From contig CAINND010000099.1 in assembly GCA_903851035.1 (NCBI GenBank), forward strand, positions 88 to 64,087: a DNA stretch of 64,000 nt. The letters are read 5' to 3'. The notes below the pieces were generated by a model. That model was not told the DNA's origin. It saw only the letters and a list, made by a program, of their open reading frames with translations, and made no database searches. Origin of the DNA: an uncultured Acidobacteriota bacterium (GTDB lineage Bacteria; Acidobacteriota; Terriglobia; Terriglobales; Acidobacteriaceae). Positions 16,488 through 25,519 of this stretch are shown piece by piece. Numbering within the stretch: position 1 is the first letter of the stretch; every line of letters begins with the position of its first letter. The position numbers were made by a program, and so were the translations under genes.

Positions 16488-16976
16488 ATGCACCGTGAGA
16501 AGGGTTTCTCGCTGATTGAGTTGTTGATTGTCGTGGCCATCATTCTCATCATCGCCGCCATCGCCATTCCCAACCTTATGCGCTCCAAGATGGCCGCCAA
16601 TGAGGCCAGTGCCGTGGGATCGCTGCGTACCATCAACAGCGCGCAGGTCACCTACGCTTCCACTTATCCGGCCACGGGATATGCCGCCTCGCTTGGCGCC
16701 CTCGGCCCGGGCACCGTGGTGGGCAACACCTCGGCCAACTCCAGCAACGCCGTTCTGCTGGATAGCGTGCTTGGCTGCACCGCGCAGCCCTGCAGCAAGA
16801 GCGGCTATTCCTTCAACCTGGTTGCCACCGGAACGCCACCGGCGTATTACAACTCCACGGCCGTGCCCATCACCCCGAACCAGACCGGCACTCGCCGCTT
16901 CTACAGCGATGCCACGGGAGTCATCCGCTACAACACATCGGCCACCGCTACCTCCACCGATTCACCCATCCAGTAG
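16488..16976 (+). CDS. Type IV pilin-like protein (prepilin-type N-terminal cleavage/methylation domain)
   Basis: The N-terminus is MHREKG/FSLIELLIVVAIILIIAAIAIPNL, with a Ser/Thr/Ala-rich C-terminal globular part. Confidence 0.85.
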   Translation: MHREKGFSLIELLIVVAIILIIAAIAIPNLMRSKMAANEASAVGSLRTINSAQVTYASTYPATGYAASLGALGPGTVVGNTSANSSNAVLLDSVLGCTAQPCSKSGYSFNLVATGTPPAYYNSTAVPITPNQTGTRRFYSDATGVIRYNTSATATSTDSPIQ

Positions 16977-16994
16977 CGGCCTTGCAGGTTCACG

Positions 16995-17027
16995 GCGGTC
17001 CGGTCACAACCGGGCCGCTTTTGTATT
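16995..17027 (+). terminator. Rho-independent terminator of the pilin gene
   Basis: GCGGTCCGG-tcacaa-CCGGGCCGC followed by TTTTGTATTT. Confidence 0.6.
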
Positions 17028-17035
17028 TGCGGCGT

Positions 17036-17062
17036 AAAAAAACGGGACGCCGAAGCGCCCCG
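17036..17062 (-). terminator. Rho-independent terminator of the acyl-CoA synthetase gene
   Basis: The minus strand reads CGGGGCGC-ttcg-GCGTCCCG followed by TTTTTTTAC. Confidence 0.6.
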
Positions 17063-17086
17063 CAAGGAGAACACATTGGTCGAAGC

Positions 17087-18784
17087 CTAGTGGACGAGCT
17101 TCAGCTCCTCGGTCGCCATCTGGCGCATGATGAACTTCTGCACCTTGCCCGTCACCGTCGTCGGGAAGCTGTCCACGAACTTAACGTACTTGGGCACCTT
17201 GAAGCCGGCGATGTTTTCACGGCAGTAGCGCTGGATGGCTTCGGCGTCGAGCTGTTTCCCCTCGTGCGGAATGATCCAGGCCATCGCCTCCTCGCCATAT
17301 TTTTCGCTGGGCACGCCCACCACCTGCACGTCCTTGATGCCGGGATAGGTGTAGAGGAACTCCTCGATCTCGCGCGGGTACACGTTCTCTCCGCCGCGGA
17401 TGATCATCTCCTTCAGCCTTCCGGTGATGACCACGTAGCCGTCGGCGTCCATGCAGGCGATGTCGCCGGTGTGCAACCAGCCGTCGGGCTCAATCGTCTT
17501 GGCCGTGTTCTCCGCGTCGTTGTGGTAGCCGTTCATCACGTGATAGCCGCGCGTCATCAGCTCACCGTTCTGGCCGTGCGGCACCACCTCGCCGGTTTTG
17601 GCGTCGATGATCTTCACTTCCGTGTGCGGCAGGGCGCGGCCCACCGTCTGCGTCTTATGCTCAAAGGTGTCGTCCGTGGTGGTCTGCGTAATCACCGGAG
17701 AGGCCTCGGTCAGTCCGTAGCAGATGGTCATCTCCGTGCAGTTCATCTCGCGGATGGCCCGCCGCATCAACTCCACCGGGCACAGCGAGCCGGCCATGAT
17801 GCCGGTGCGCAGGCTGCTGTAGTCGAAATCCTTGAAGCGCGGATGGCTGAATTCGGCGATGAACATCGTGGGCACGCCGTACACGGCCGTGCAGCGCTCG
17901 TCGTGTACCGTCTGCATCGTCGCCAGCGGATCAAAATAATCGGCGGGAATCACCATGGTCGAGCCGTGCGTCACGCAGGCCATGTTGCCCAGCACCATGC
18001 CAAAGCAGTGGTAAAAGGGCACGGGAATGCAGACCCGGTCTTTCTCCGTCAGCTTCATCGAATCGCCGATGAACTGCCCGTTGTTGACCACGTTGTAGTG
18101 GCTCAACTCGGCGCCCTTGGGTGCTCCCGTGGTGCCGCTGGTGTATTGGATGTTGATGGTGTCCAGATGGGAGAGCGAGGCCTCTCTCGCGCGCAGTTCG
18201 CTGAGGGGGAGCTGGTCGCCTTTTTCCAGCATGCCTTGCCAGCTCATCATACCGCTGGGAGCCGTCTGCCCGATGTACACCACCTGCCGCAGCTTGGGCA
18301 GCCGCGCACTGTGCAACTCACCCGGCTCGCAGTACTGCAACTCAGGACACAGATGCTGAATCGTCTCGACATAATTGCAGTCGCGGAACTCGTGCTCCAT
18401 CACCAGGCCCACGCAGCCGCTCTGCTTCAGCGCGTACTCCAGCTCGTGGCTGCGGAAGCGCAGGTTCACGTTCACCATGATGATGCCGGCCTTGGCCGTG
18501 GCAAACTGCATCAGCGCCCACTGTGAAATGTTGGTCGCCCAAATGCCCACGCGGTCGCCTTTGACGAAGCCCAGGGCCATCAGCCCGCGGGCCACGCGCT
18601 CCACTTCGTCCTTCAACTGGCGCCAGGTGTAACGCAGGCTCTCCTGACGCATAATCAGCGCCGGCGAATCCGGATAGAGATTGGCCATCTTGTCCAGCAC
18701 CTGGCCAATGCAAAGCTCCTGCAAAGGCGGATGATCCGCCCCGCGTGAGTAACTCAGTGTGGGATCAACAAAAGCTTCACTCAT
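17087..18784 (-). CDS. AMP-binding acyl-CoA synthetase / fatty-acid-CoA ligase
   Basis: 565 aa. Motifs IQYTSGTTGAPKGA (A3) and GWLHTGD...GRLKEMIIRGGENVYP (A7/A8) are present, with a C-terminal PKTVTGK-type Lys (TTVTGKVQK). Confidence 0.9.
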   Translation of the reverse strand: MSEAFVDPTLSYSRGADHPPLQELCIGQVLDKMANLYPDSPALIMRQESLRYTWRQLKDEVERVARGLMALGFVKGDRVGIWATNISQWALMQFATAKAGIIMVNVNLRFRSHELEYALKQSGCVGLVMEHEFRDCNYVETIQHLCPELQYCEPGELHSARLPKLRQVVYIGQTAPSGMMSWQGMLEKGDQLPLSELRAREASLSHLDTINIQYTSGTTGAPKGAELSHYNVVNNGQFIGDSMKLTEKDRVCIPVPFYHCFGMVLGNMACVTHGSTMVIPADYFDPLATMQTVHDERCTAVYGVPTMFIAEFSHPRFKDFDYSSLRTGIMAGSLCPVELMRRAIREMNCTEMTICYGLTEASPVITQTTTDDTFEHKTQTVGRALPHTEVKIIDAKTGEVVPHGQNGELMTRGYHVMNGYHNDAENTAKTIEPDGWLHTGDIACMDADGYVVITGRLKEMIIRGGENVYPREIEEFLYTYPGIKDVQVVGVPSEKYGEEAMAWIIPHEGKQLDAEAIQRYCRENIAGFKVPKYVKFVDSFPTTVTGKVQKFIMRQMATEELKLVH

Positions 18785-19060
18785 TGAAAAAGGACGCTCC
18801 TAATTCGCGCTCCACCAGCCAAATATGCGCGACTTGTTAATAGTAAACGCAAGAGCTATTTGATTTACTTATACTGTTGTGAATTCTAGGAATAGTGCCA
18901 TCCCCGCCACACTTTCCTCTCCAAAGTGCGCAATAGAGTACAGTGGAAGGGGCCAGCCGGTGGGTAAATGCCGATGTGAAGTGGCATATATGAAGCGTCA
19001 AAGTGGCGCAGAGGTGTTCAGGATGAATGACTTAGCCAATATCGGGCAGGAGCGTGTGCG

Positions 19061-20230
19061 GTGATCCGCCGCTCGGATGTGCTCATCCTGGGTGCCGGGG
19101 CTGCCGGGCTGATGTGCGCCATTGAGGCGGGCCGCCGCGGCCGCTCGGTCACCGTGCTGGAGCGCAACAATCGTGCCGGCGCGAAGATTCTCATCTCCGG
19201 CGGCGGGCGCTGCAACTTCACCAATATGGACGCCACGGCCTCCAACTATCTCTCGTCGAATCCGCACTTTATAAAGTCGGCGCTGGCGCGTTATACGCCC
19301 GCGGACTTTCTCCGCCTGGTGGATCGCCACCGCATCGCTTGGCATGAGAAGGCTCCCGGGCAGCTCTTTTGCGACCGCAGCGCCCAGGACATTCTTTCCA
19401 TGCTGGAAGAAGAGTGTTTGCGGGCCGAGGTGCGGGTGAACATGAGCGCCAGCGTGCGCGCCGTGCGCCAGAGCGGCGAGCATTTTGTGGCCGAATGCGG
19501 CGAGGACGAGTATCGCGCCCGCTCGCTGGTGGTTGCCACCGGAGGCCTCTCCATCCCCAAGATGGGCGCCACGGCCTTTGGCTACGAGCTGGCAAAGCAG
19601 TTCGGCCACACGGTCATCGAGCCCCGACCCGCGCTGGTGCCTTTCGTGCTCAGCCCGAAGGATGCCAAGGCCTTCTGCGACCTCACCGGAGTTTCTACCG
19701 ATGTGGTGATCAGCATTGGACGCCAAAGCTTTCAGGACAAGTTGCTCATCACGCACCAGGGCTTCAGCGGGCCGGCGATTTTGCAGATCTCCTCCTACTG
19801 GCAGGCGGGCGAAAAAGTGCGCGTGGACTGGGCTCCGGGCAAGGAGGTGCTTACTCCCATGCTGGCTTCGGCCGCGGGACGCGACGCCGCCACGGCCTTG
19901 CAGCGCCTGCGCCAGGTGTTGCCCACCCGCCTGGCCGACCGCTGGATGGAGTTGCTGGCGCTCAAGCGCTGGACCAACGCCGCCATCGAGGAGGCCGAGC
20001 GCAAACTGCATCAGTGGGAGTTCACTCCCGCCGGCACCGAGGGCTTTGCCAAGGCGGAAGTCACCGCCGGAGGCGTGGATACCCGCGAACTATCGGCCAA
20101 GACCATGGAATCCGTCAAAGTGCCGGGTCTCTACTTCATCGGCGAGGTGGTGGACGTCACCGGGTGGCTTGGCGGATACAACTTCCAGTGGGCGTGGGCC
20201 AGCGGCGTCAGCGCCGGAAAAGCCGCATAG
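19061..20230 (+). CDS. FAD-dependent oxidoreductase, HI0933/YhiN (BaiN-like) family
   Basis: 389 aa. It has DVLILGAGAAGLMCA (dinucleotide fold), GAKILISGGGRCNFTN and a C-terminal GGYNFQWAWASG. Confidence 0.85.
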   Translation: MIRRSDVLILGAGAAGLMCAIEAGRRGRSVTVLERNNRAGAKILISGGGRCNFTNMDATASNYLSSNPHFIKSALARYTPADFLRLVDRHRIAWHEKAPGQLFCDRSAQDILSMLEEECLRAEVRVNMSASVRAVRQSGEHFVAECGEDEYRARSLVVATGGLSIPKMGATAFGYELAKQFGHTVIEPRPALVPFVLSPKDAKAFCDLTGVSTDVVISIGRQSFQDKLLITHQGFSGPAILQISSYWQAGEKVRVDWAPGKEVLTPMLASAAGRDAATALQRLRQVLPTRLADRWMELLALKRWTNAAIEEAERKLHQWEFTPAGTEGFAKAEVTAGGVDTRELSAKTMESVKVPGLYFIGEVVDVTGWLGGYNFQWAWASGVSAGKAA

Positions 20231-20362
20231 CGATCGCAGGCGATGGGCAAATGGTTTTCGCATTGCCAACACCCATCTGCGCCGTGTACCCTTTGGCCCA
20301 AATTACAAACGCTACGGCGGCCAGCCCGCTGATGCGATCACCTGTGAGGAGAAAGACGAAAG

Positions 20363-20764
20363 ATGCTCAAGGGATTTCGCGATTTTATTCTGCGCGGCAA
20401 TGTTGTTGACCTGGCGGTAGGCGTGGTGATTGGCGCCGCCTTTGGCGCCGTGGTCACGTCATTTACCAAGGACGTGCTGATGCAGGCCATCAGCGCCATT
20501 GTGGGCAAGCCGAACTTTGACGACATCGTGCTCTCGGTGAACCACACGCCGCTCTTCGTGGGGAAATTTCTCACCGCACTCATCGGCTTCCTGCTGATTG
20601 CCGGCGCTGTCTACTTTGCCGTGGTATTGCCGATGAACATGGTGCTGGCCCGCACGAAAAAGCCGGAGGCCCCGGCCGAGCCCACCACTAAGCCCTGCAA
20701 GGAGTGCACGTTGGAAATTCCACTGGCCGCCAAGCGCTGCCCCAACTGCACCGCGCAGGTCTAG
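20363..20764 (+). CDS. mscL: Large-conductance mechanosensitive channel MscL with C-terminal CxxC...CxxC extension
   Basis: MLKGFRDFILRGNVVDLAVGVVIGAAFGAVVTSF is the MscL signature. The last 25 aa are KPCKECTLEIPLAAKRCPNCTAQV. Confidence 0.9.
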   Translation: MLKGFRDFILRGNVVDLAVGVVIGAAFGAVVTSFTKDVLMQAISAIVGKPNFDDIVLSVNHTPLFVGKFLTALIGFLLIAGAVYFAVVLPMNMVLARTKKPEAPAEPTTKPCKECTLEIPLAAKRCPNCTAQV

Positions 20765-20799
20765 CCGGTCAGGTTAAAGAGCAGGGAATTACGCAATCG

Positions 20800-20834
20800 A
20801 AAAGCCCCACGGTAATCTACGTGGGGCTTTTCAT
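20800..20834. terminator. Bidirectional hairpin terminator between mscL and the VKOR gene
   Basis: AAAGCCCCACG-gtaatcta-CGTGGGGCTTT, flanked by an A-run on one side and T-rich sequence on the other. Confidence 0.65.
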
Positions 20835-20846
20835 TTCCTAGCAATA

Positions 20847-21272
20847 TCAAATGGTCTTGCGCCTCGCCACGGCCACAATGGTGGCCACCTCGGTCAGGGC
20901 GACAAGCGCGGCTGAGGTCACGCACCAGATGCAGTAGGTCTCCAGGATGTAGGCCTCAACGTAGGTGAGGTAGATGGAGAATCCTACGGCGCCGGTCACC
21001 AGCACCAGCGCAAGCCACCAGCGGCGGAAGAAGGCGGCCCCGGCGATGGCCGCATAGCCCAGGATGCCGAGTACGGCGATGGGCAGTCCGCGGCTCTCCG
21101 GCTGGCGGAAGGGTGGCGGCGGAAATTCCGCGAAGGGGCTGTGGTTGACCACGCCGCAATCCCAGCGGGTGTTGATGTCACATGGCGCGGCGCCCACGCG
21201 GTAGTGTTCGCGGAGCGCGAAGCCGCTGATGACGACTCCCGCCAGGGCAAGGATGACAATAAGATAGCGCAT
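20847..21272 (-). CDS. Vitamin K epoxide reductase (VKOR) family membrane protein
   Basis: I chose the start at ATG 21272 (GGAGG 5 nt upstream) rather than the track's 21443. The product is a 141-aa protein with 4 TM segments, a loop Cys pair (APCDINTRWDC) and the redox motif CIWC inside a TM helix. Confidence 0.8.
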   Translation of the reverse strand: MRYLIVILALAGVVISGFALREHYRVGAAPCDINTRWDCGVVNHSPFAEFPPPPFRQPESRGLPIAVLGILGYAAIAGAAFFRRWWLALVLVTGAVGFSIYLTYVEAYILETYCIWCVTSAALVALTEVATIVAVARRKTI

Positions 21273-21465
21273 GGAGCCTCCGTGGCCATTGTAACTTCTG
21301 CCGTAATGTGAGGCGAGCTTGCGGCACGGCCGGCGCGGGAGTTTTGTCCGCCTCTGCGTCGAAAGCATGGCGAGGCGCATCGAAGACAGTGTAGGATGAG
21401 TTTTTACCCCCGGCTGGCGGCGGATGGCACCGCAGGGCCGCATGGTACTTGAAATGGGAGGACGA

Positions 21466-21795
21466 ATGGCAAGCGAAGCAATCTTGGAAGTAACCGATGC
21501 GAACTTTGATCAGGAGGTGCTGCAATGCGAGCAGCCCGTTCTGATTGACTTCTGGGCCACCTGGTGCGGTCCCTGCCGCGCCCTGGCGCCCGTGGTGGAC
21601 GAGGTCGCCAAGACCTACCAGAGCAAGGTGAAGGTTGTGAAGATGGATGTGGATCGCAACCCGGCCACGCCGCAGCGCTACAACGTGCGCGGCATCCCCA
21701 CCCTGCTGGTCTTCAAGGGCGGGCAGGTGCAGGAGCAGATTGTGGGCTACGTGCCCAAGGAAACCATCGAGCGCGCGCTGGACAAGCTCGCGTAA
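21466..21795 (+). CDS. trxA: Thioredoxin
   Basis: It carries the WATWCGPC active site and is 109 aa from ATG 21466 (GGGAGGA upstream). The track start 21424 adds 14 unlikely residues. Confidence 0.92.
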   Translation: MASEAILEVTDANFDQEVLQCEQPVLIDFWATWCGPCRALAPVVDEVAKTYQSKVKVVKMDVDRNPATPQRYNVRGIPTLLVFKGGQVQEQIVGYVPKETIERALDKLA

Positions 21796-21829
21796 ACCGG
21801 CATGCGGGCCGTCCTGCGGCCCACATATA

Positions 21830-21856
21830 AACGCCTGGCTTCGGCCGGGCGTTTTG
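21830..21856 (+). terminator. Rho-independent terminator of trxA
   Basis: ACGCCTGGC-ttcg-GCCGGGCGT followed by TTTTG. Confidence 0.6.
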
Positions 21857-22019
21857 CATTGCACCGGGCTGGCTGACACTTTGGTTTCTCTCCGGCCAGG
21901 ATGGGCTCTTGTCGCCGCAAAATATAGACTGTAGGCTGGAACGGAGCAGTCCAGCCCGAAGCCGCTGTTCGCTTTGCGGGCGGGTGCGTTGTTATAAGCG
22001 CCCTCCAGGGAGGAGCGAC

Positions 22020-24701
22020 GTGGCTGTTACGGACTATCGTGAAGTGCTGGAGTCGCTGCCCGGGCCTGCCTGGATCGTGAACAGTCTGCTGCTCCAGGTG
22101 GAGTCACGCAACCATCTTGCCGAGGCCATCTCGGCCAGCAACGAATTTTCTCTCCTGTTTGATAAGCCACTGGATGATGAAGTGTTACAGCGTCTGCGCT
22201 CGGCCGAAGCCGAGGTGCAGTTTCAGGCCGCGCTCCGGGATCAGCGCGGAATGTGGGCCATCTCGGCCAACCTGCTAGGTGCCAGCCAGGTGCGCTCCGG
22301 CGGACGCCGCCTGGTGCTGGCGCAGCCCGTGGCGCGCTTTGACGTGCCCAGCGAGCTGGCTTTCGACGAGCTGCTGGACTCGGCCTTCGACGGCCTTGCA
22401 GTGCTCAACTCAGAGCACAAGTTCGTGCAGATCAGCCGCCGCTTCCGGGAGATGTTCGGTTACACGCTGGAGGAGTTGCGCAACAAGTCTCCCATGGTGC
22501 TGACGCCGAAGGATCTGGAGCATGAGATTGCCACGGCCAGGGAGCGCTTGGATAGCGGCGGGGTGCACAGCCTGGAGACCAGACGGCGGCGGCGTAACGG
22601 AACGCTGATCGATGTGCAGGTCTTTGCCCGCCACATCGCCAACGGACGTTATCGCGGCGGCGTTGTGGTCATGTACCGCGACATCAGCGAGAGCAACCGC
22701 AACGCGCGGTTGCGCGCCATGCGCAGCGAAGTCTCGCGCATCCTGACCAGCGCCGGCTCGCTGGAGGAGGTGGCGCGCCGCATGCTGCCGGCCCTGGCCG
22801 ATGCCCTGCAGTTGGATGTCTCCCGCCTCTGGTTGCAGGATGAGTCCGGCCGCATGGAGTGTTTCTACAGCCACAACGGCCCGGGCTGCGAGTGTGCCAA
22901 CCGCAACACGGCGGGCGTGCAGTGCGTGATGAATCCCGACTCAGTGGGCCAGTTGCTGCTCCGCGAGTGGTCCAACTTCCAGCCGCCCGCCGCCTGCGCC
23001 GGGCAACTGGAGTGTCCGCTGCGCGACGGCATGCAGCACATCGTGCCCATCCTCGATGCCCGGCAACAGTCCCTGGGGGCGCTGGAGTTACTCTCCTCGC
23101 AGCGCACGATTGATGAGCATGTTCACCAGGAGTTGCTGGAGGGGATCAGCGCGCAGCTTGGCCAGTTCATTACGCGGGCGCGGGTGGAAAAGGCGCTGGC
23201 GGAAAACGAGGCGCGCTTCCTGACCCTGGTGGAAACCGTGCCCATGGCCATCTTCATCCACGCCAACGAAAAGATCGTCTTTGCCAATTCCGCCTGCGAG
23301 GTCATCTCCGGTTATAACCGCGAGGAGATTCTCACGCTTCCGCTCGGGCAGCTTTTTCATCCGGAAGACATGATGCAACTGCGCGAGCGGGCAGAAAAAC
23401 GGCAGGCAGGCCAGGATTTTCAACGCCGCCACGATGCGCGCATCATGCGCAAGGGCGGGGAGGTGCGCTGGGTGGATTATGCCGCCTCGCACATCCGCTT
23501 CAACCGCCAGCCCGCCGTGCTGTGCGCCGGCGTGGATGTGACCGAGCAGCGCGCCATGGAAGTGCAACTGCGGCAGACCCAGAAGATGGAAGCCATCGGG
23601 AGGCTGGCCGGCGGCATCGCCCACGACTTCAACAACGTGCTCACGGTGGTCAGTTGCTGCGCCGAAACCATCCAGATGCATCCCGATGTGGATGCCGAGG
23701 TGCGCCGCGCCGCCGATGAGATCGCCCAGGCCAGCGACCGCGCGGCCGCACTCACGCGCCAGTTGCTCAGCTTCAGCCGTCACAACGCGGTTGCGCCCAA
23801 ACGCATTGACCTGAACGCGGTGCTGGGCGGCATGGAAATGATCCTGCGGCGTTCGCTTGGCGATGACGTCATCTTCCACCTCCAGATGGAATCCAATCTG
23901 GGGCCGGTGATGGCCGATGCCAGCCAGGTGGAGCAGGTGGTGCTGAACCTGGCGGTGAACGCCCGCGATGCCATGCCCCGCGGCGGTCATCTGCGCATCC
24001 ACACCTGCGGCGTCACCGTGGAGAAGCCTCTGGAGGCGGGCGCCGCTGCTGGCAACTACGTCATGCTCAGCGTCAGCGACAGTGGCGTGGGCATGAGCCC
24101 GGAGATTCAGCAGCACATCTTCGAGCCCTTCTTCACCACCAAGCAGCCCGGGCAGGGAACCGGCCTCGGACTGGCAACGGTGTATGGTGTCGTCAAGCAA
24201 TGCGGCGGATTTTTGAATGTGATCAGCGCGCCCGGCAAGGGCTCTACCTTTGAAGTTTATTTCCCACTGACTCCCGGCACTGCCGCTGAATCCCGGACCG
24301 GAGAGGAGAGGTCCAGCCCGCAAGCGCAGGCCTGCATTCTGCTGGTGGAGGAGGAGAGCGACCTGCGCAGTCTGCTGCGCCATGGTCTGGAGCGCGAGGG
24401 GCACGAGTTGCTGGAGGCAGGCAGCGCCGCCGAGGCCTTGCAGGTCAACGCCGCGTACACGAGCGCCATCGACTTGCTGGTGACGGACGTGGTGATGGCC
24501 GGCATGAGCGGACGCGAACTGGCCGAGCGCCTGTTGATGCTGCGTCCCGGACTGAAGGTGCTGTTCATCAGCGGCCACAGCGGCGAGCGCGTGCTCGAAG
24601 GCGGCGAAATCGAAGGGCGGGTGGAGTTTTTACAGAAGCCATTTACTCCGGCCGTGCTGCGCCGACGAATCCGCCAGATGCTGGCCAGCGGATTCAACTG
24701 A
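22020..24701 (+). CDS. Hybrid sensor histidine kinase / response regulator (PAS-GAF-PAS-HisKA-HATPase-REC)
   Basis: It has the H-box GGIAHDFNNVL, N-box NLAVNARDAMP, G-boxes DSGVGM and GQGTGLGLA, and a C-terminal receiver (ILLVEEE..., LLVTDVVMAGMSG). I prefer the start at GTG 22020 (GGGAGGAG upstream). The track start is 21909. Confidence 0.85.
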   Translation: MAVTDYREVLESLPGPAWIVNSLLLQVESRNHLAEAISASNEFSLLFDKPLDDEVLQRLRSAEAEVQFQAALRDQRGMWAISANLLGASQVRSGGRRLVLAQPVARFDVPSELAFDELLDSAFDGLAVLNSEHKFVQISRRFREMFGYTLEELRNKSPMVLTPKDLEHEIATARERLDSGGVHSLETRRRRRNGTLIDVQVFARHIANGRYRGGVVVMYRDISESNRNARLRAMRSEVSRILTSAGSLEEVARRMLPALADALQLDVSRLWLQDESGRMECFYSHNGPGCECANRNTAGVQCVMNPDSVGQLLLREWSNFQPPAACAGQLECPLRDGMQHIVPILDARQQSLGALELLSSQRTIDEHVHQELLEGISAQLGQFITRARVEKALAENEARFLTLVETVPMAIFIHANEKIVFANSACEVISGYNREEILTLPLGQLFHPEDMMQLRERAEKRQAGQDFQRRHDARIMRKGGEVRWVDYAASHIRFNRQPAVLCAGVDVTEQRAMEVQLRQTQKMEAIGRLAGGIAHDFNNVLTVVSCCAETIQMHPDVDAEVRRAADEIAQASDRAAALTRQLLSFSRHNAVAPKRIDLNAVLGGMEMILRRSLGDDVIFHLQMESNLGPVMADASQVEQVVLNLAVNARDAMPRGGHLRIHTCGVTVEKPLEAGAAAGNYVMLSVSDSGVGMSPEIQQHIFEPFFTTKQPGQGTGLGLATVYGVVKQCGGFLNVISAPGKGSTFEVYFPLTPGTAAESRTGEERSSPQAQACILLVEEESDLRSLLRHGLEREGHELLEAGSAAEALQVNAAYTSAIDLLVTDVVMAGMSGRELAERLLMLRPGLKVLFISGHSGERVLEGGEIEGRVEFLQKPFTPAVLRRRIRQMLASGFN

Positions 24702-24720
24702 GGCGCATGACCCGCCCGTG

Positions 24721-25347
24721 CTAATACTTGCGCAGTACGGCCACCACGCGCCCCTGCACCCGCACGGAATCCGCGGGAACCATGATGGGCTCCATGGCGG
24801 CGTTGGAGGGTTGCAGGCGAATCTGGCTGCCCTCGTGGTAGATGCGTTTCAGAGTGGTCTCGGAGTCGCGGACCAGGGCGACGACGATCTCACCTTCACG
24901 GGCGCTCTCGGCCTTCTCCACCAGCACATAGTCGCCATCCATGATGTGCTCGTCCTGCATGCTCTCGCCGGTCACCTGGAGGACGAAGACGTCGCGCGCG
25001 CGGGTGAAGTCGGTCAGTGAGATGGTCTCCGGCGTCTCCACCTGTTCGATGGGTCGGCCGGCGGCGATGCGGCCCACCAGGGGCAGCTCGTAACTGCTGA
25101 CTTCCATGGGGCGGGCGCGCTCGGGAATTCCTTCCGGAAGCGGGAGGACATCGATCGAGCGGCTGCGGTTGTAGTCACGGCGCAGCAACTTTTTCGCTTC
25201 CAGGTTGTTAATGTGTTTGTGGACGGTGGCCAGCGAGCTGAGGCCCATGGCCGCGCCGATTTCCTCAAACGAGGGGGAGTAGCCGTTATTTTGCACGAAC
25301 TCCGCGATGAAGTCGTACATCTGGCGTTGCCGCTTGGTTAATGCCAT
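24721..25347 (-). CDS. lexA: LexA repressor (SOS regulator, S24 peptidase)
   Basis: 208 aa. It has an N-terminal winged HTH (YSPSFEEIGAAMGLSSLATVHKHINNLEAK), the cleavage region RIAAGRP, the Ser motif VTGESM and Lys in TTLKRI. Confidence 0.92.
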   Translation of the reverse strand: MALTKRQRQMYDFIAEFVQNNGYSPSFEEIGAAMGLSSLATVHKHINNLEAKKLLRRDYNRSRSIDVLPLPEGIPERARPMEVSSYELPLVGRIAAGRPIEQVETPETISLTDFTRARDVFVLQVTGESMQDEHIMDGDYVLVEKAESAREGEIVVALVRDSETTLKRIYHEGSQIRLQPSNAAMEPIMVPADSVRVQGRVVAVLRKY

Positions 25348-25519
25348 GGCTGCCCTTTCCTTACAGAATCGTGCAGTTCGATTAGTTTGGCGAATAAAAA
25401 GCGAAGTGTCAATGGCCCTTCGCCCACAGATGGTGCACTCTTAGGTACCTGCCGGAAGGGGCAATCCAGCAACTGGGGATGTACGCCTTTCTTTCAGGCA
25501 GCTTACAATCGCTCTCACA

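Noticed and set aside
25348-25519. Canonical LexA boxes upstream of lexA and uvrA: E. coli type, Cheo box, and the GTTC-n7-GTTC direct repeat.
   Set aside because: Only single GTTC half-sites are present (GTTC-n7-TTGG upstream of lexA, GTTC-n7-GTAT upstream of uvrA). That is not enough to call an operator.
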